IMG/VR virus record: IMGVR_UViG_3300041411_000129
Coordinates: 1 to 64,000 of that record
Reading direction: 5' to 3' (one strand)
Length of the DNA stretch: 64,000 nt
Each line of letters begins with the position of its first letter. Within the stretch, counting starts at the first letter, position 1. The notes under the pieces were generated by a model. The model ran no database searches. It was given only the letters and a program-made list of their open reading frames with translations, and was not told where the DNA came from. Shown one piece after another: positions 1 to 10,516 of this stretch. Position numbers and translations under genes: made by a program.

Positions 1-490
1 TCTTACCTACCATGACTTTAGATCCTGCGGTGAAGAAGTAGCTGCTGGACTTAACCGTCAGCTCCACCTTTGTCGCCTCAGAGTCGATTGGACCGTCCTC
101 AACATCGTTCTGAGTGAGAACCCAACCTGACCCCGCGTTGATAGCCGCAAGGGCCCCGTAGATCGTTGTAGCTGCACCGAGGTCGATGTTGGAGAGACTA
201 ACGCTCTTACCAGCAATCGAAGCCCGGTTATACCGAACTACCATTTGTCCTTGATAACCCTGACCAACAACCGAATTCAGAGTTACCTGAGTGTTAAAAC
301 GGATATCGTCCGCCGGCGTAGCCACAGGTGGTCCAATAGTCACTTGGCGAGCCAGCAGGGTGCTACTGTTTTCAAGGTTGATCTGCGCCAGAAGTCCAGC
401 ACCATCGGCAGCCAAGGGTGTCGGCGTGTTGATGGTGGTGTACATCACAAACGTATCAATAGATCGGATAGCTTGTTGGGGATTTGCCAT
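1..490 (-). CDS. Tail-fibre-family structural protein, partial (runs off left edge; not in ORF track)
   Basis: Manual translation MANPQQAIRSIDTFVMY...GYQGQMVVRYNRASI...TAGSKVMVG; paralog of 1615..2298 (YYNRA, APGSTVNVG); SD AGGTG upstream. Confidence 0.75.
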   Translation of the reverse strand, partial: MANPQQAIRSIDTFVMYTTINTPTPLAADGAGLLAQINLENSSTLLARQVTIGPPVATPADDIRFNTQVTLNSVVGQGYQGQMVVRYNRASIAGKSVSLSNIDLGAATTIYGALAAINAGSGWVLTQNDVEDGPIDSEATKVELTVKSSSYFFTAGSKVMVGK

Positions 491-492
491 GA

Positions 493-1602
493 CTACACCT
501 TAGGCTTGACTTTGACTGTCAATCCAGCCAAAAGAGGTTGAGTCCAGGCTTGCCCGGACGGGTTCTTGTCCGAGCCGAATACCTTATCTACGAATATCTG
601 GGTGCCACCATAAGTGACATTGACATCTGGTGTTTCAACACCACCTGCCGTTAGCGACACACCCACTTTACCGTACGGAGTCACTGTCCACTGAACGCCG
701 CGAGTCTTGACGTTTACAGCTTTGATATTGGCATTCAGTGGGATAGCCGAAGCATCGTAAGTGATGGCTGCTTGAGACATTGGTTCGTCGGTGAGGACGT
801 AGTTCGTACCAATTGCAAGTGACGGGTTACTGTATCCTTTCTTCAACGCATCCAATACCGTACCTGTCGCTGGGTTGACGGTTGTCCACGCAGGCGCCAC
901 TACGTTAGCGATCGGAAGTTTATCGATAACCACAGGACCCAGAGGTTGAGGTTTCTCGCCAGCTTCCCATTCGACGTAGTACATGTCCCGCCATGACCAG
1001 TAGCATGGTGTACCTTGCGGCACATTGGAAGTAAGCAGCGAACCGAGCGCCAGCCATAGTTCCTGAGTACCTGGAGTGGCTGAAACGGCTGTCGTCATGA
1101 AGCTAGGCATCGGTAGCGGCGCTAGGGCTTTCGAATCGACCCAACGGTTAACGACGCCGTTCACGAAATCTAACTGATGCTCTAGGTAGTACTGTTTATT
1201 GAGAGCGTACCCAGGTAGATCAGTTTTAGAGAACACCGTTAGAGCATTGGTGCCGCCGGCGTCGTAGGTATTCATGTAGCTTAGGACTTGAGTGTCTGGA
1301 GATACCGACGCTACAGAATATCGAATCCCGTGGAAGAGATTCGATGTAGGACCTATACTCGGGATAGCTGTCTTGACATTCCCGTGAATACGGTTACGGT
1401 TGTTACCGTAATTGGTGTTGATGATGGTCGTATAAACCATCAGCCAACCAAGCGCAGTAGTTTGCGCGGTGATGAACTGAGAACCACTGCTGGCCATGAT
1501 CTCAAACATCGTGTTTGGGATTGGTCCGCGCCCAATGCTAGCACCGCTACCACCGATAGACGTTGTCGGGACATCCCAACCAGACATTGCATGAATCTTC
1601 AT
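493..1602 (-). CDS. Virion structural protein (putative tail fibre/tip, beta-rich)
   Basis: 369 aa; paralog of 2310 and 3296 ORFs (YYLEH..DF..G...RW, RD.Y, GP); SD AAGGAG. Confidence 0.7.
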   Translation of the reverse strand: MKIHAMSGWDVPTTSIGGSGASIGRGPIPNTMFEIMASSGSQFITAQTTALGWLMVYTTIINTNYGNNRNRIHGNVKTAIPSIGPTSNLFHGIRYSVASVSPDTQVLSYMNTYDAGGTNALTVFSKTDLPGYALNKQYYLEHQLDFVNGVVNRWVDSKALAPLPMPSFMTTAVSATPGTQELWLALGSLLTSNVPQGTPCYWSWRDMYYVEWEAGEKPQPLGPVVIDKLPIANVVAPAWTTVNPATGTVLDALKKGYSNPSLAIGTNYVLTDEPMSQAAITYDASAIPLNANIKAVNVKTRGVQWTVTPYGKVGVSLTAGGVETPDVNVTYGGTQIFVDKVFGSDKNPSGQAWTQPLLAGLTVKVKPKV

Positions 1603-1614
1603 GATTGGGCTCCT

Positions 1615-2298
1615 TTACGGGAAGAGTAACATATCGGACTTGAATACGCTGGACAGCGTAGTTGTGAAGCCTACGTTGACAGTCGATCCAGGCGCGAAGA
1701 TATAGCTGGTAGCCGCTGCGGTAATGGTAACCTCAGTGGCACCCGACGGAATCGCATCGTTAACAATGTCAGCTGTGGTCAATACCATGCCAGTGGCAGT
1801 GTTAATAGCCGAGATCAACGCATGGGTATTAGCCGCTGCGCCGATTACGATCCCAGCGATGTTACCGGCGCTGGAAAGCTTACTCATCGGAGCTCGGTTG
1901 TAGTACCAGTACATGCTACCTGACAACAGAGACGATGGTTGAGCCGAGAGTAATGCCTTACTGTCATACCCAGCTAAATCAGTGGCAACTTCCACAGGAC
2001 CTAGCGTGAACTGAGATGCTGGTCGTACCGACTTTGACTTCTGAAGAATCAGAGTCATTAAGGACGACGCGCCATTTGCCCCGGTTGGCAGTTTAGCGAA
2101 CGGCACCATTGCGTATCCATTCAGAGTACGCAGCGCAACGGTGTTAGCCGGCTGCCCAATCGCATAACCGTTAAACGTCCGCAACGATATTGGGGCTGGA
2201 GGCTTTATCAGCCCATAAGCCTGGATGTTGGAGACTTTCGCCCCCATCGCATCCCTCGTCAGGGCGTAACCCTGAATAGTGGAAATGTTAACAGACAT
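1615..2298 (-). CDS. Tail-fibre-family structural protein
   Basis: 227 aa; four N-terminal short repeats plus family motif Y-x-Y-N-R. Confidence 0.7.
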   Translation of the reverse strand: MSVNISTIQGYALTRDAMGAKVSNIQAYGLIKPPAPISLRTFNGYAIGQPANTVALRTLNGYAMVPFAKLPTGANGASSLMTLILQKSKSVRPASQFTLGPVEVATDLAGYDSKALLSAQPSSLLSGSMYWYYNRAPMSKLSSAGNIAGIVIGAAANTHALISAINTATGMVLTTADIVNDAIPSGATEVTITAAATSYIFAPGSTVNVGFTTTLSSVFKSDMLLFP

Positions 2299-2309
2299 GG
2301 ACTACTCCA

Positions 2310-3278
2310 TTACGCATCAGGCGTTACGATGAAATCCGTGGCGTCAATACTGGCGCTGTCCCACGATCCACCGGCTGGGTTCTTGTGGAATACACCACCG
2401 CTGCCGTTATAACTGTACGAGCCGGATGGGCCTGAGAACGTCTTACCCACAACTTCGTCGGCGCCATTCTTGATCTTACTCGTACAAGTGACTGGGCCGG
2501 CGCCGTTAGAGCTCACGCCAACCACTACCTCGAGGGCAGTTACGACCGTTCCTGCTGGGAGTGTGACCTTCAGGCTAGCGGCGAGAGGACCTTTGGTAGT
2601 AGTGTTCGATGTAGCAATCTTGTCTGTAGGTATTGAGCCAGCTTCATAGACCGCATCTACCAATGCAGTACCACCAGGTGTGGTGGTCCAATCGGCACCA
2701 GTTGCAGCGTCAATGCTGATTGGTACTACCTGCTGAGGACCCTGTGGTCCTACGGGAAGTCCTTGGGCGGCGCCTTGGTCATCACAGATGTAGAAGTCGC
2801 GATAATCGTACCGACCATTCAAACTACCCTTGGCCTCAAGACCAAGCGTCATGCTACGCCCAGTGCCGGCAGCGGTGTTGGCGATCTTGACGCCGTTGAT
2901 CCAACGCTCAACTACACCCGTGGTAACGTCGTACGAGAACTCAAGATACACGGTGTTGCCGCTGACTGGAATCAACGTATCTAAGAGAACGTAGTTCCCG
3001 CCAATATAGACGAGACCTGCACCGCCTCTGGCATTGAGAATGATTCGGCAGCGATAGCCGAACCAGATCTTATTCACAGGAGCTACCAGATACGGGTCCA
3101 ATGGAATCGAAACGCGTTCACTACCACTGGCAGTGGCGTTACTTACGATCCAACCATTGACCAAAGTATTCTGTGCCGACAAGTCAGCGCCGCGCGTCAT
3201 CCCGTGAGTGGCGTAGTTAATCCACGACGTAACGCCCTGCGGCAAATGCTCGAAGCCGATAACTGCTCTAATTGCCAT
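2310..3278 (-). CDS. Virion structural protein (putative tail fibre/tip)
   Basis: 322 aa, G/T/S/A-rich; paralog of 493 and 3296. Confidence 0.7.
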   Translation of the reverse strand: MAIRAVIGFEHLPQGVTSWINYATHGMTRGADLSAQNTLVNGWIVSNATASGSERVSIPLDPYLVAPVNKIWFGYRCRIILNARGGAGLVYIGGNYVLLDTLIPVSGNTVYLEFSYDVTTGVVERWINGVKIANTAAGTGRSMTLGLEAKGSLNGRYDYRDFYICDDQGAAQGLPVGPQGPQQVVPISIDAATGADWTTTPGGTALVDAVYEAGSIPTDKIATSNTTTKGPLAASLKVTLPAGTVVTALEVVVGVSSNGAGPVTCTSKIKNGADEVVGKTFSGPSGSYSYNGSGGVFHKNPAGGSWDSASIDATDFIVTPDA

Positions 3279-3295
3279 GATTATAAAACCTCTTA

Positions 3296-4342
3296 TCAGA
3301 CGACCGTATCAGGCGTCAGTTTGACCGCAGTGGCGTCGAGCTTAGCCAGAGACCAATCGGCACCATCTGGTGCTTTGGTATACAGCCCAACAGGAGATAC
3401 CGACGCAGCGCCAGTTGGTGAGCTGACGAACTTAGCTGCGAGAGTTGTCCCGCCTTGCGTTAGTTCGACCTTACTTGTAGATGCTGCATCACCAAGGCTA
3501 GCTCCGGAGATATCCAGCTTTACAGCTGCGATACGAAATCCAGCAGGGATATCGTGTTTAAGACTCGTATCGAGTGGGGTCTTATCGGCGGCTGATGTGA
3601 CTGCGTTTGCGGATGGGTAAGGTGCGTTCAGCGTATCCACGATCGTACCGCCACCGGCAGCGACCCAACCAGCACCAGAGGCAGCATCGACTTGAACTGG
3701 ATAGATCCGCTGCGATCCAATTGGTCCAGTCATCCCATCCCCGGCAACATCGTCTAAGACGTATATATCGCGGATAGCGTAACGTCCACCAGCGGACGTA
3801 CCCAGTCGGAAGGTTAGGCATCCATTACCAGCCACAAATGCAGCCTTACTACCAGCTGCCATAACCGGACCAGTGTAGTTGGCAATCGCTACACCGTTAA
3901 TCAATGTCGATGTAACCCCGCTTACAAAGTCATACGTATGTTCTACGTAATACTCAGTACCGACACCAGTCAACCAAGGAGCTCCGCCAGTACCCGCCAA
4001 GAACAAATAACACGCCACGTCATTAGGTGTGGTATCTGCTGTAAGATGACAGATAGAGTGTGCGCCGGTATACGCTGCCAGAGTCTTGATACGGTAACCG
4101 ATTGTCAGCTTGTTAGGGTTGTTTGGAACAAATCCTTTCAAGGAGATTGGTACAATCTGATCGAACCCGTTAGACATCCCCGAGATCCAACCATCTTGGT
4201 CAATAGCGCAGCGGGCAATGTTAGTGCCTTGAGCAGCGCCTGGAAGACCAGACAACGTCCACCAGTCAGGAAACGCCACCGTGGCAACGGTAGGGTTGGT
4301 GGTCTTTAAGGCAAGATCTGTGCCAAAGAATGCACGAAGCAT
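3296..4342 (-). CDS. Virion structural protein (putative tail fibre/tip)
   Basis: 348 aa; paralog of 2310 (GYR, YYVEHTYD, RYAIRDIY, DAASGAGW); SD GAGGAG. Confidence 0.7.
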   Translation of the reverse strand: MLRAFFGTDLALKTTNPTVATVAFPDWWTLSGLPGAAQGTNIARCAIDQDGWISGMSNGFDQIVPISLKGFVPNNPNKLTIGYRIKTLAAYTGAHSICHLTADTTPNDVACYLFLAGTGGAPWLTGVGTEYYVEHTYDFVSGVTSTLINGVAIANYTGPVMAAGSKAAFVAGNGCLTFRLGTSAGGRYAIRDIYVLDDVAGDGMTGPIGSQRIYPVQVDAASGAGWVAAGGGTIVDTLNAPYPSANAVTSAADKTPLDTSLKHDIPAGFRIAAVKLDISGASLGDAASTSKVELTQGGTTLAAKFVSSPTGAASVSPVGLYTKAPDGADWSLAKLDATAVKLTPDTVV

Positions 4343-4346
4343 GATG

Positions 4347-4718
4347 TTACTCCTCGCTGTCTGTGGTTTCAGCAGGCACTTCTACAACCGGATCATTCCA
4401 GCAGAGGTAGAAGCGGCCACAAGGCGCTACAGAGCGCGCTGGGAAGCTGATGCAGAGCGCGTACTTGAATATGCTGAAGGTGGGCAGGCTGTGTTTGTTG
4501 AGACCGTTAAACAAGACCTCAGCGCCTAACAGGGAGAACTCATTCGAGTCAGGCTGAGTGTTCCACAGACTACGTTCGGCCTCAGGGCCGTATGTCGACA
4601 GAGCTGTGGTGACGAGCCGTGCATTGATGATGTCCATCTCACCAAGCTGAATCTTTGCCAGCTGGTCACCTATTCCGGTGAAGTCTGTCCGAATCAGGTA
4701 ATTTGGCCAATCATTCAT
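4347..4718 (-). CDS. Hypothetical protein within fibre array
   Basis: 123 aa, co-oriented, SD GGGGA; lacks family motifs. Confidence 0.6.
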   Translation of the reverse strand: MNDWPNYLIRTDFTGIGDQLAKIQLGEMDIINARLVTTALSTYGPEAERSLWNTQPDSNEFSLLGAEVLFNGLNKHSLPTFSIFKYALCISFPARSVAPCGRFYLCWNDPVVEVPAETTDSEE

Positions 4719-4739
4719 TTCTGAATTCCCCCAATGTAA

Positions 4740-5234
4740 TTAAAATGCCAGCAGAGTGTTGCCGTTGAATGCCGTGGCGATGTCAGGATAACCACCGAAC
4801 TTCAACGTAGCTGACCCTGTCCAACCGAGGTGTCCTTCAACAGCTTCGATCTGAACGTTTATTTTACCGTTTACGGTAAAGCTCGGATGATCCACAAGTT
4901 CCGCTACAGTGAATGGTACACGCAGATAAGCTAGGACTATCGGAATCCAAGTTGCCACTGAAGCAGCATCTGGACAGACACAGTTGGCGAGGTTAAAGTT
5001 TTCAAGCGGCTGCAATGGGAGGCGATCGTAGAAAATGGTTGTAAACCCAATCGTCTTGGTAGATGCTGGTGCTGAGTTCACTTGAATGGCTGTGTTCTTA
5101 CCATATTGGGTGATCTCATCAGCGGTTGCGGCGCGTGGCGTACCGAAGATAAGATCGGCTGCAACGAACGACAGACCGGAAGCCACGCTGACCATTGCGA
5201 CAAGGTCAGCCGTACTAGATACGAAAATAGTCAT
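4740..5234 (-). CDS. Tail-fibre-family structural protein (phiKZ gp131-like N-terminal domain)
   Basis: FGTP, NT, FYDRL and LGWTGS motifs shared across the array. Confidence 0.7.
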   Translation of the reverse strand: MTIFVSSTADLVAMVSVASGLSFVAADLIFGTPRAATADEITQYGKNTAIQVNSAPASTKTIGFTTIFYDRLPLQPLENFNLANCVCPDAASVATWIPIVLAYLRVPFTVAELVDHPSFTVNGKINVQIEAVEGHLGWTGSATLKFGGYPDIATAFNGNTLLAF

Positions 5235-5245
5235 GGCGGACCCTG

Positions 5246-6142
5246 TTAAGTATATTGAAGAAGGCAGCGGCCAGTGAACCAGCTATCTGGGTTGGACTGG
5301 ATAACTACGACTGAGGTGTACTTAGTCGAGTCAACCTCAGGCACTGCGGCGTTTGGAAGCGTATATCGGAACCACTGGATGTTTTGAGTACCACCCGGTG
5401 TGTTGGCGTTCCCAATGTTCCATCCGGTTTGACCGCTATTCGCATTCAGCCAATCACAGATCGTTTGAATACCGGCGTTTGCACCACCAGTTGGATTGTA
5501 GGTCGTAGGGATGGCACTCAGCGTAGTTTTGATGGCTGTTGCATCCTGACTGAGGGTCATGAACTCACCGGTCGGTTTACGACCGACTGAGAAATCATTA
5601 CCGCCAGGATATAGCCGTCCGATCAGACCACGGTTAGCGTCAGTGATAACGTCCGTAATTGGACGCTTACCCAAAGTCCAGAGAATACTGAAGGTGCCTT
5701 TGTAACACAGGCAGGCAGCAATAGGTCCACGAGTAGCCGCTGAACCAGATGCGATGTTTTGGCTAGAGGCAACATCATCGACGGTGAGACTGATGCCGTA
5801 TCTTGCAGCGACCCAAGGAACCCACTGAGCCGGGAATGCGCTAGTGGTCGTGTAATAATTGTCCAGCTTCAGCGTGATGTTTCTGAACAATGCGGTCAGA
5901 TCGATACGACGATATTTAACCGTAACCTGACCAATACCGCCAGAAGCAGCCGTTGGTTTGACTACGATACTGGTATCGTTCTTGAACGGATCAGCGCCAT
6001 CGACAGCGATGGCTGTCGGTGTGCCGAAGGTGACAGAACCCAACGGAAAAACATCTTTGAATCCGGGGTTACTCTTCTCAATCAGATCGTAGATCATCTC
6101 CGATTGAGGTTTACGGTAATCTGTAGGAACCGCAGTAGCCAT
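5246..6142 (-). CDS. Tail-fibre-family structural protein
   Basis: Start moved to ATG 6142 (SD GGGAG); FGTP, KYRRIDL, YPGGNDF; close paralog of 7087. Confidence 0.75.
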   Translation of the reverse strand: MATAVPTDYRKPQSEMIYDLIEKSNPGFKDVFPLGSVTFGTPTAIAVDGADPFKNDTSIVVKPTAASGGIGQVTVKYRRIDLTALFRNITLKLDNYYTTTSAFPAQWVPWVAARYGISLTVDDVASSQNIASGSAATRGPIAACLCYKGTFSILWTLGKRPITDVITDANRGLIGRLYPGGNDFSVGRKPTGEFMTLSQDATAIKTTLSAIPTTYNPTGGANAGIQTICDWLNANSGQTGWNIGNANTPGGTQNIQWFRYTLPNAAVPEVDSTKYTSVVVIQSNPDSWFTGRCLLQYT

Positions 6143-6163
6143 GATTAATCTCCCAATGGAAGT

Positions 6164-6190
6164 AGCAGACGGATTTCGCCATCCGTCTGC
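6164..6190. terminator. Intergenic stem-loop
   Basis: GCAGACGGAT-TTCGCC-ATCCGTCTGC perfect 10-bp stem; no clear U-tract. Confidence 0.5.
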
Positions 6191-6196
6191 ATCCAC

Positions 6197-7075
6197 TTAT
6201 GCCGCGTTCGGATCGAACGGATCGTTATAGTGGAGATACATGACACCGGCTGGCGTGAGTACAGTATCCGCCAGTTTCAACTCCATTACGTACTTGTACG
6301 CTGGGTTGGTTGGCAGAGATGCGGAGTTCAGACCGTTACTGAGAACAGTAGCGCCAGACAGGTTCCACGTAGTTGCACCCGGAGTGTTAACCCAGAGAGC
6401 CTTACCGGCGGAGACGTCGATTGCCTTGAACGCAGTGACGAGCTGATCGGCTTGAGTGCTGTCAATAACACCTGGAGCCATCGCCTGCACTTGAGTAAAG
6501 TACGAGGTGAAGTCATAGCCGTACATGTACAGTTGAGCGAAAGTATCGGTATCCAGCGTAGTCGGATAGTTGAGACCAGGCAGCGCTGTAACCTGAATCA
6601 ACTCATCGATTGGAGCGGAACCTTTAGTAACAACGATACTCAGATTGCCGATCCAGCCGACACTACCCGGTTTAGCCGAAAGTACGGCCGTCATGGTGTT
6701 ATCGCCGTTATCAACCAACGGAGCATCATTCAAGTCATCGGTCGTGAACTGAATACCAGTCCAATACTGAATCATCGGGAACAACGTATACACCGTGTCA
6801 GCTGTATACGCCGAAACCTTGAAGCCTGGAATGTTGGCGTCAATCAGATCATTCAATTTCAAACGATCGTAGGTCAGGACCTTAGTGCCCTGATAAGCAC
6901 CACCATCTTTGGCTGTTACACGCAGCGCGGTGTTGTGAGCGGTGACCTGACCTTGCCAAGTACCCTCTACAACTTGCGGCACGCCGAAGACGACGTCTGC
7001 CGCTGTGAACGCCGTCGAGTTGGCAGCATTGAGCGCTGCCAAGAAATCGTCGACAGACTTTGTCATGTAAGACAT
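6197..7075 (-). CDS. Tail-fibre-family structural protein
   Basis: Start moved to ATG 7075 (SD GAGGA); TYDRLKL, GWIG, LPGLNYP, LHYNDP. Confidence 0.8.
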   Translation of the reverse strand: MSYMTKSVDDFLAALNAANSTAFTAADVVFGVPQVVEGTWQGQVTAHNTALRVTAKDGGAYQGTKVLTYDRLKLNDLIDANIPGFKVSAYTADTVYTLFPMIQYWTGIQFTTDDLNDAPLVDNGDNTMTAVLSAKPGSVGWIGNLSIVVTKGSAPIDELIQVTALPGLNYPTTLDTDTFAQLYMYGYDFTSYFTQVQAMAPGVIDSTQADQLVTAFKAIDVSAGKALWVNTPGATTWNLSGATVLSNGLNSASLPTNPAYKYVMELKLADTVLTPAGVMYLHYNDPFDPNAA

Positions 7076-7086
7076 TGGTTCTATCC

Positions 7087-8055
7087 TCAGACGTTGTAGT
7101 GGATGTAGTGGTGACCAGCGCCACAACCCAGTGCAGTATCTTCAACAGGGACGGTGAGGATCAGTACACGGTTGTAGTACTTAGAGTTAGCCAAAGGCGC
7201 AGAATCTCGACCAGCTTGAGTACTCAGGTCAACTACGCGACCAGCCCAGGTCTGGTAGACATACGCTGGAGCACCTCTACCAGCATACGCCAGGCCTTTC
7301 CCGTACAGTCGATTCAGTTCATCGATGAACCGATTACAGAAGGCGACGAGTTCGTTACTTGCACCTTCCCAACTGCCAGGGTAGTTGTTCCACTTAGTCC
7401 CGGCCAAGATGAACGCAGACCAATCGATGGCGTAAGCCATACCGCTGACAATTGTCGGATGTCCTGGAGTCACGAAGTCGTTACCACCTGGGAACATACG
7501 GGCATTGAGATCAGTCACAGTGATCATCGTACTGAGATCCTGCGGAGCACCTTTCCACTTCAGTGCGAACTGGCCGGTGTAAGCAAGGCTCGTCGACTTG
7601 GTCTGTACGGTAACGGTTCTGGTGTAGAATCCATCTTCGATCGTAGTGCCGCGAGTGATGTTCTGATCGACCACATCGTCTGTAGTCAGGTTGATGCCGT
7701 ACTTCGCATTGATGATCGGAAGCAGGGCATACACACTGAACACGATGGCGTTCTGTCCTGCGGTAGAACCTTGGTTTACCGAATACCGATCAATCTGTAG
7801 CGTGATACTGCGGAACAGGACACCCATATCGCGGCGGCGATAGTTGACTTCTTTACGACCGATGAAGTCTTGACCGGCGATTGCACTCAAGGTGATCTTG
7901 GTGTTCATCGCCGAGTTGCCTGGAACCGTGGCTGGAGCAGGGACGCCGAGCAAGACGTTGGTCTTAGTCACCGGAATCCAGTTTTCCACGCCTTGGTTTG
8001 CCAAGTTGATGAGGTCATAAACCTCATCGATAGGCGGTTTACTGAAAATAGGCAT
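7087..8055 (-). CDS. Tail-fibre-family structural protein
   Basis: NYRRRD, FPGGNDF, C-terminal IHYN. Confidence 0.8.
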   Translation of the reverse strand: MPIFSKPPIDEVYDLINLANQGVENWIPVTKTNVLLGVPAPATVPGNSAMNTKITLSAIAGQDFIGRKEVNYRRRDMGVLFRSITLQIDRYSVNQGSTAGQNAIVFSVYALLPIINAKYGINLTTDDVVDQNITRGTTIEDGFYTRTVTVQTKSTSLAYTGQFALKWKGAPQDLSTMITVTDLNARMFPGGNDFVTPGHPTIVSGMAYAIDWSAFILAGTKWNNYPGSWEGASNELVAFCNRFIDELNRLYGKGLAYAGRGAPAYVYQTWAGRVVDLSTQAGRDSAPLANSKYYNRVLILTVPVEDTALGCGAGHHYIHYNV

Positions 8056-8060
8056 CTTGA

Positions 8061-8861
8061 TTAAGCCTCTTCGAGGATGTTGTAATGAAGATACATCGGC
8101 CCGATCATCTGGTCACTGTAGAAGCCTGCCTGAACAACCACTCGGTCAAACCTAGGGTTGCTGTCAGGGACCGCCGAGGTTGGATAGTCGGTAATGTAAC
8201 CTTCATTCCAGCCTGGGATGCCGAGATATGAGCAGGCGTTTTGAAGCGCCGCCCAATCCGTGTAACGCTGACCTGGGCTAGTCGGTTTGATTGCATCACG
8301 AAGACTGGTGAAGTCAACATCCCACGTAACCATCCGAGCAGACATCTTCGAGTTCACCACATCCGGATGATTACGGACTGGCAGAATCTTGATACCAACG
8401 ATGCTATCTAAGAAGGCTTTGGAGTGAGTGAGGTTGATTACAGCCGAACCGATGAAGCCACGGCTGTCAGGCTTAGCCGTCAGCACGAGTTCTTCAGACT
8501 CTCCGTTAGCCACCGTGGGAGGCGTGAACGGTTCGAAGTCATCAACGGTAAGGAAAAGACCGAACGCGCCGTTAATCAGCTTTACAACGCTTGCAGGAGT
8601 GAATTCCTCAAGACTGCGTACATCGGCAGCCTGAATAATGTCACCCAGCACCAAACGTTTGTAATAGATGTCGACTTCATTGTAGTAACCACGCCCCGGA
8701 ACCGACTTTACAGTCAGCTTGGTGTTAGCGGTTTCTGTAGCAACGACTTCGATATCTTGCAGACTAACGTTCATCTCAGTGAACGTCTTTGGCGGCACGT
8801 TGAGGACGTTGAGTTCCTCAATGATCTTACTGGTAGCAGAAGGAACAGTCTCAACAGCCAT
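8061..8861 (-). CDS. Tail-fibre-family structural protein
   Basis: YYKRL, GFIGS, C-terminal LHYN. Confidence 0.8.
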   Translation of the reverse strand: MAVETVPSATSKIIEELNVLNVPPKTFTEMNVSLQDIEVVATETANTKLTVKSVPGRGYYNEVDIYYKRLVLGDIIQAADVRSLEEFTPASVVKLINGAFGLFLTVDDFEPFTPPTVANGESEELVLTAKPDSRGFIGSAVINLTHSKAFLDSIVGIKILPVRNHPDVVNSKMSARMVTWDVDFTSLRDAIKPTSPGQRYTDWAALQNACSYLGIPGWNEGYITDYPTSAVPDSNPRFDRVVVQAGFYSDQMIGPMYLHYNILEEA

Positions 8862-8872
8862 GACTACACCTC

Positions 8873-9706
8873 TTAATCCACAATCGGATCGTTAAAGTGG
8901 AGAACCAATTGACCAGACCACCCCAACGACATGGTGTCATCGAGATCAACGATGATCACATGGTCGTAGTCCTGATTGGAGACAGGCTCGCCAGACGTCG
9001 GGCCAGCGTAACTAATCGTTGCCCCATCCAGAGAGAAGCGGGAAGCTCCGACCAGTTGCCACGCATCGCCAGAGGCTGCCACAAGGGCATCTTTGATGAT
9101 ACCGAGATCAGCTGTACCAACAACGACGTTAATCAGAGTGGCGTAATACGGACTCATGTCACGCCAGTAGGAGTAACCCACCGAAGCGTACGGCTTGGTA
9201 ATCTGAGGTGATGGGTAGTTCAAGCCCGGCAGTTGCGTAACGGCAATCACGTCTTCTAGAGGCTGTGCCCCAAGTGTGACGTGGAAAGTAACTTCACCGA
9301 TCCAGCCGATACTGTCAGGTTCAGCAACGAGGATCACATCGCCAGCGCCGTCCACTAAAGTCAACGCATTGGAGACGATGTCATTCGCTTCAAAGCCGAT
9401 GCCGTGGCGCTTGTTCAGCAGAGTCACGAAGTCGTCAGTTGTCTGAATGTCATACGCCTTGATGTTCGGACTGATCAGGATCGGCAGATCCGCCAGATCA
9501 AGACGCTTATAGCGGATGGTCGTACTACCGTCGTACGGGCTCAGTGGATTGAGCGCAGTGACCAGCAGCGAAGTATTGGTGCCTGATGCATCCGGCGCTA
9601 CTGGAGTAGGCGTACCGAACGTATACTCGCCCTCAACCAGCTCGACGTTGTTTAACGTCTTGATTGCGCCGAGAATCTCATCAAGCGGTCTTTTATACAA
9701 AGCCAT
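8873..9706 (-). CDS. Tail-fibre-family structural protein
   Basis: FGTP, RYKRLDL, GWIG, LPGLNYP, LHFNDP; close paralog of 6197. Confidence 0.8.
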   Translation of the reverse strand: MALYKRPLDEILGAIKTLNNVELVEGEYTFGTPTPVAPDASGTNTSLLVTALNPLSPYDGSTTIRYKRLDLADLPILISPNIKAYDIQTTDDFVTLLNKRHGIGFEANDIVSNALTLVDGAGDVILVAEPDSIGWIGEVTFHVTLGAQPLEDVIAVTQLPGLNYPSPQITKPYASVGYSYWRDMSPYYATLINVVVGTADLGIIKDALVAASGDAWQLVGASRFSLDGATISYAGPTSGEPVSNQDYDHVIIVDLDDTMSLGWSGQLVLHFNDPIVD

Positions 9707-9718
9707 ATCGAAACCTCT

Positions 9719-10516
9719 TTATGACCGGTTGAAGTGAATATACGCGTCGCCCTTGTAGCCGTTGATGTCGATACCAGTCTGGATGCAGACGTTGGTGAAA
9801 TCTTTGTTGGCTTCGGGTACGTCTTTTGTCGAATACGATTTCACTGTCTGCGTCATGAACACAGGGATGTCTGGGAAGCCCATCTCGATGAACATCTTCT
9901 GGACAGCCGGCCAGTTGGTCCAACCGTACCAAGCAACACCAAGGATGTTGGAGTAGTACGAGAAGTCCAGACCCCACGTCGCCATGTCGAGGGAAGGTTT
10001 ACCCAAGTCAAGCGGATTATGGTGAGTCAGAACATCCAGCTCTTTGTTAGCAATCGCTACAGACAGCTGAGGACGAATACGAATGAACTGGATAACGAAT
10101 GAACCTTCGTAACCCAACGAGTTAGGGCTAGCCTTGATTACCAAGTTAGCTTGCTCGTTACCACCCAACCAATCGATCGGCTCGTTGACGATGTCGATAG
10201 GGAGGAAGTTGGTGCCGAGGCGTTTGTTCAGGATTGGCAGCAGACGATGAATGTTCGTCTGACCCAAGTCGTTAATAATCGGACGCACACCACCGAAGAT
10301 CTGATCCAGGTTAATACGGCGATAACCAAACCGCGCGTAACCTTCGTAGTCCTTGTTGTCGTACATCGTAACGGTCGGGAGTTCGATGGAACCATCTGCC
10401 AACGACTTCACGTTGCCATAGTAAAGACCACCTACTTCCAACGGTACACTCAAAGCGTTCTGTTGGTTGATGAGACCGATCAGCGCTTCTTCCGACGATC
10501 CCGGTAAAAGTAACAT
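9719..10516 (-). CDS. Tail-fibre-family structural protein
   Basis: GYRRINL, SLGYEG, IHFN; SD AGGAG. Confidence 0.8.
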   Translation of the reverse strand: MLLLPGSSEEALIGLINQQNALSVPLEVGGLYYGNVKSLADGSIELPTVTMYDNKDYEGYARFGYRRINLDQIFGGVRPIINDLGQTNIHRLLPILNKRLGTNFLPIDIVNEPIDWLGGNEQANLVIKASPNSLGYEGSFVIQFIRIRPQLSVAIANKELDVLTHHNPLDLGKPSLDMATWGLDFSYYSNILGVAWYGWTNWPAVQKMFIEMGFPDIPVFMTQTVKSYSTKDVPEANKDFTNVCIQTGIDINGYKGDAYIHFNRS

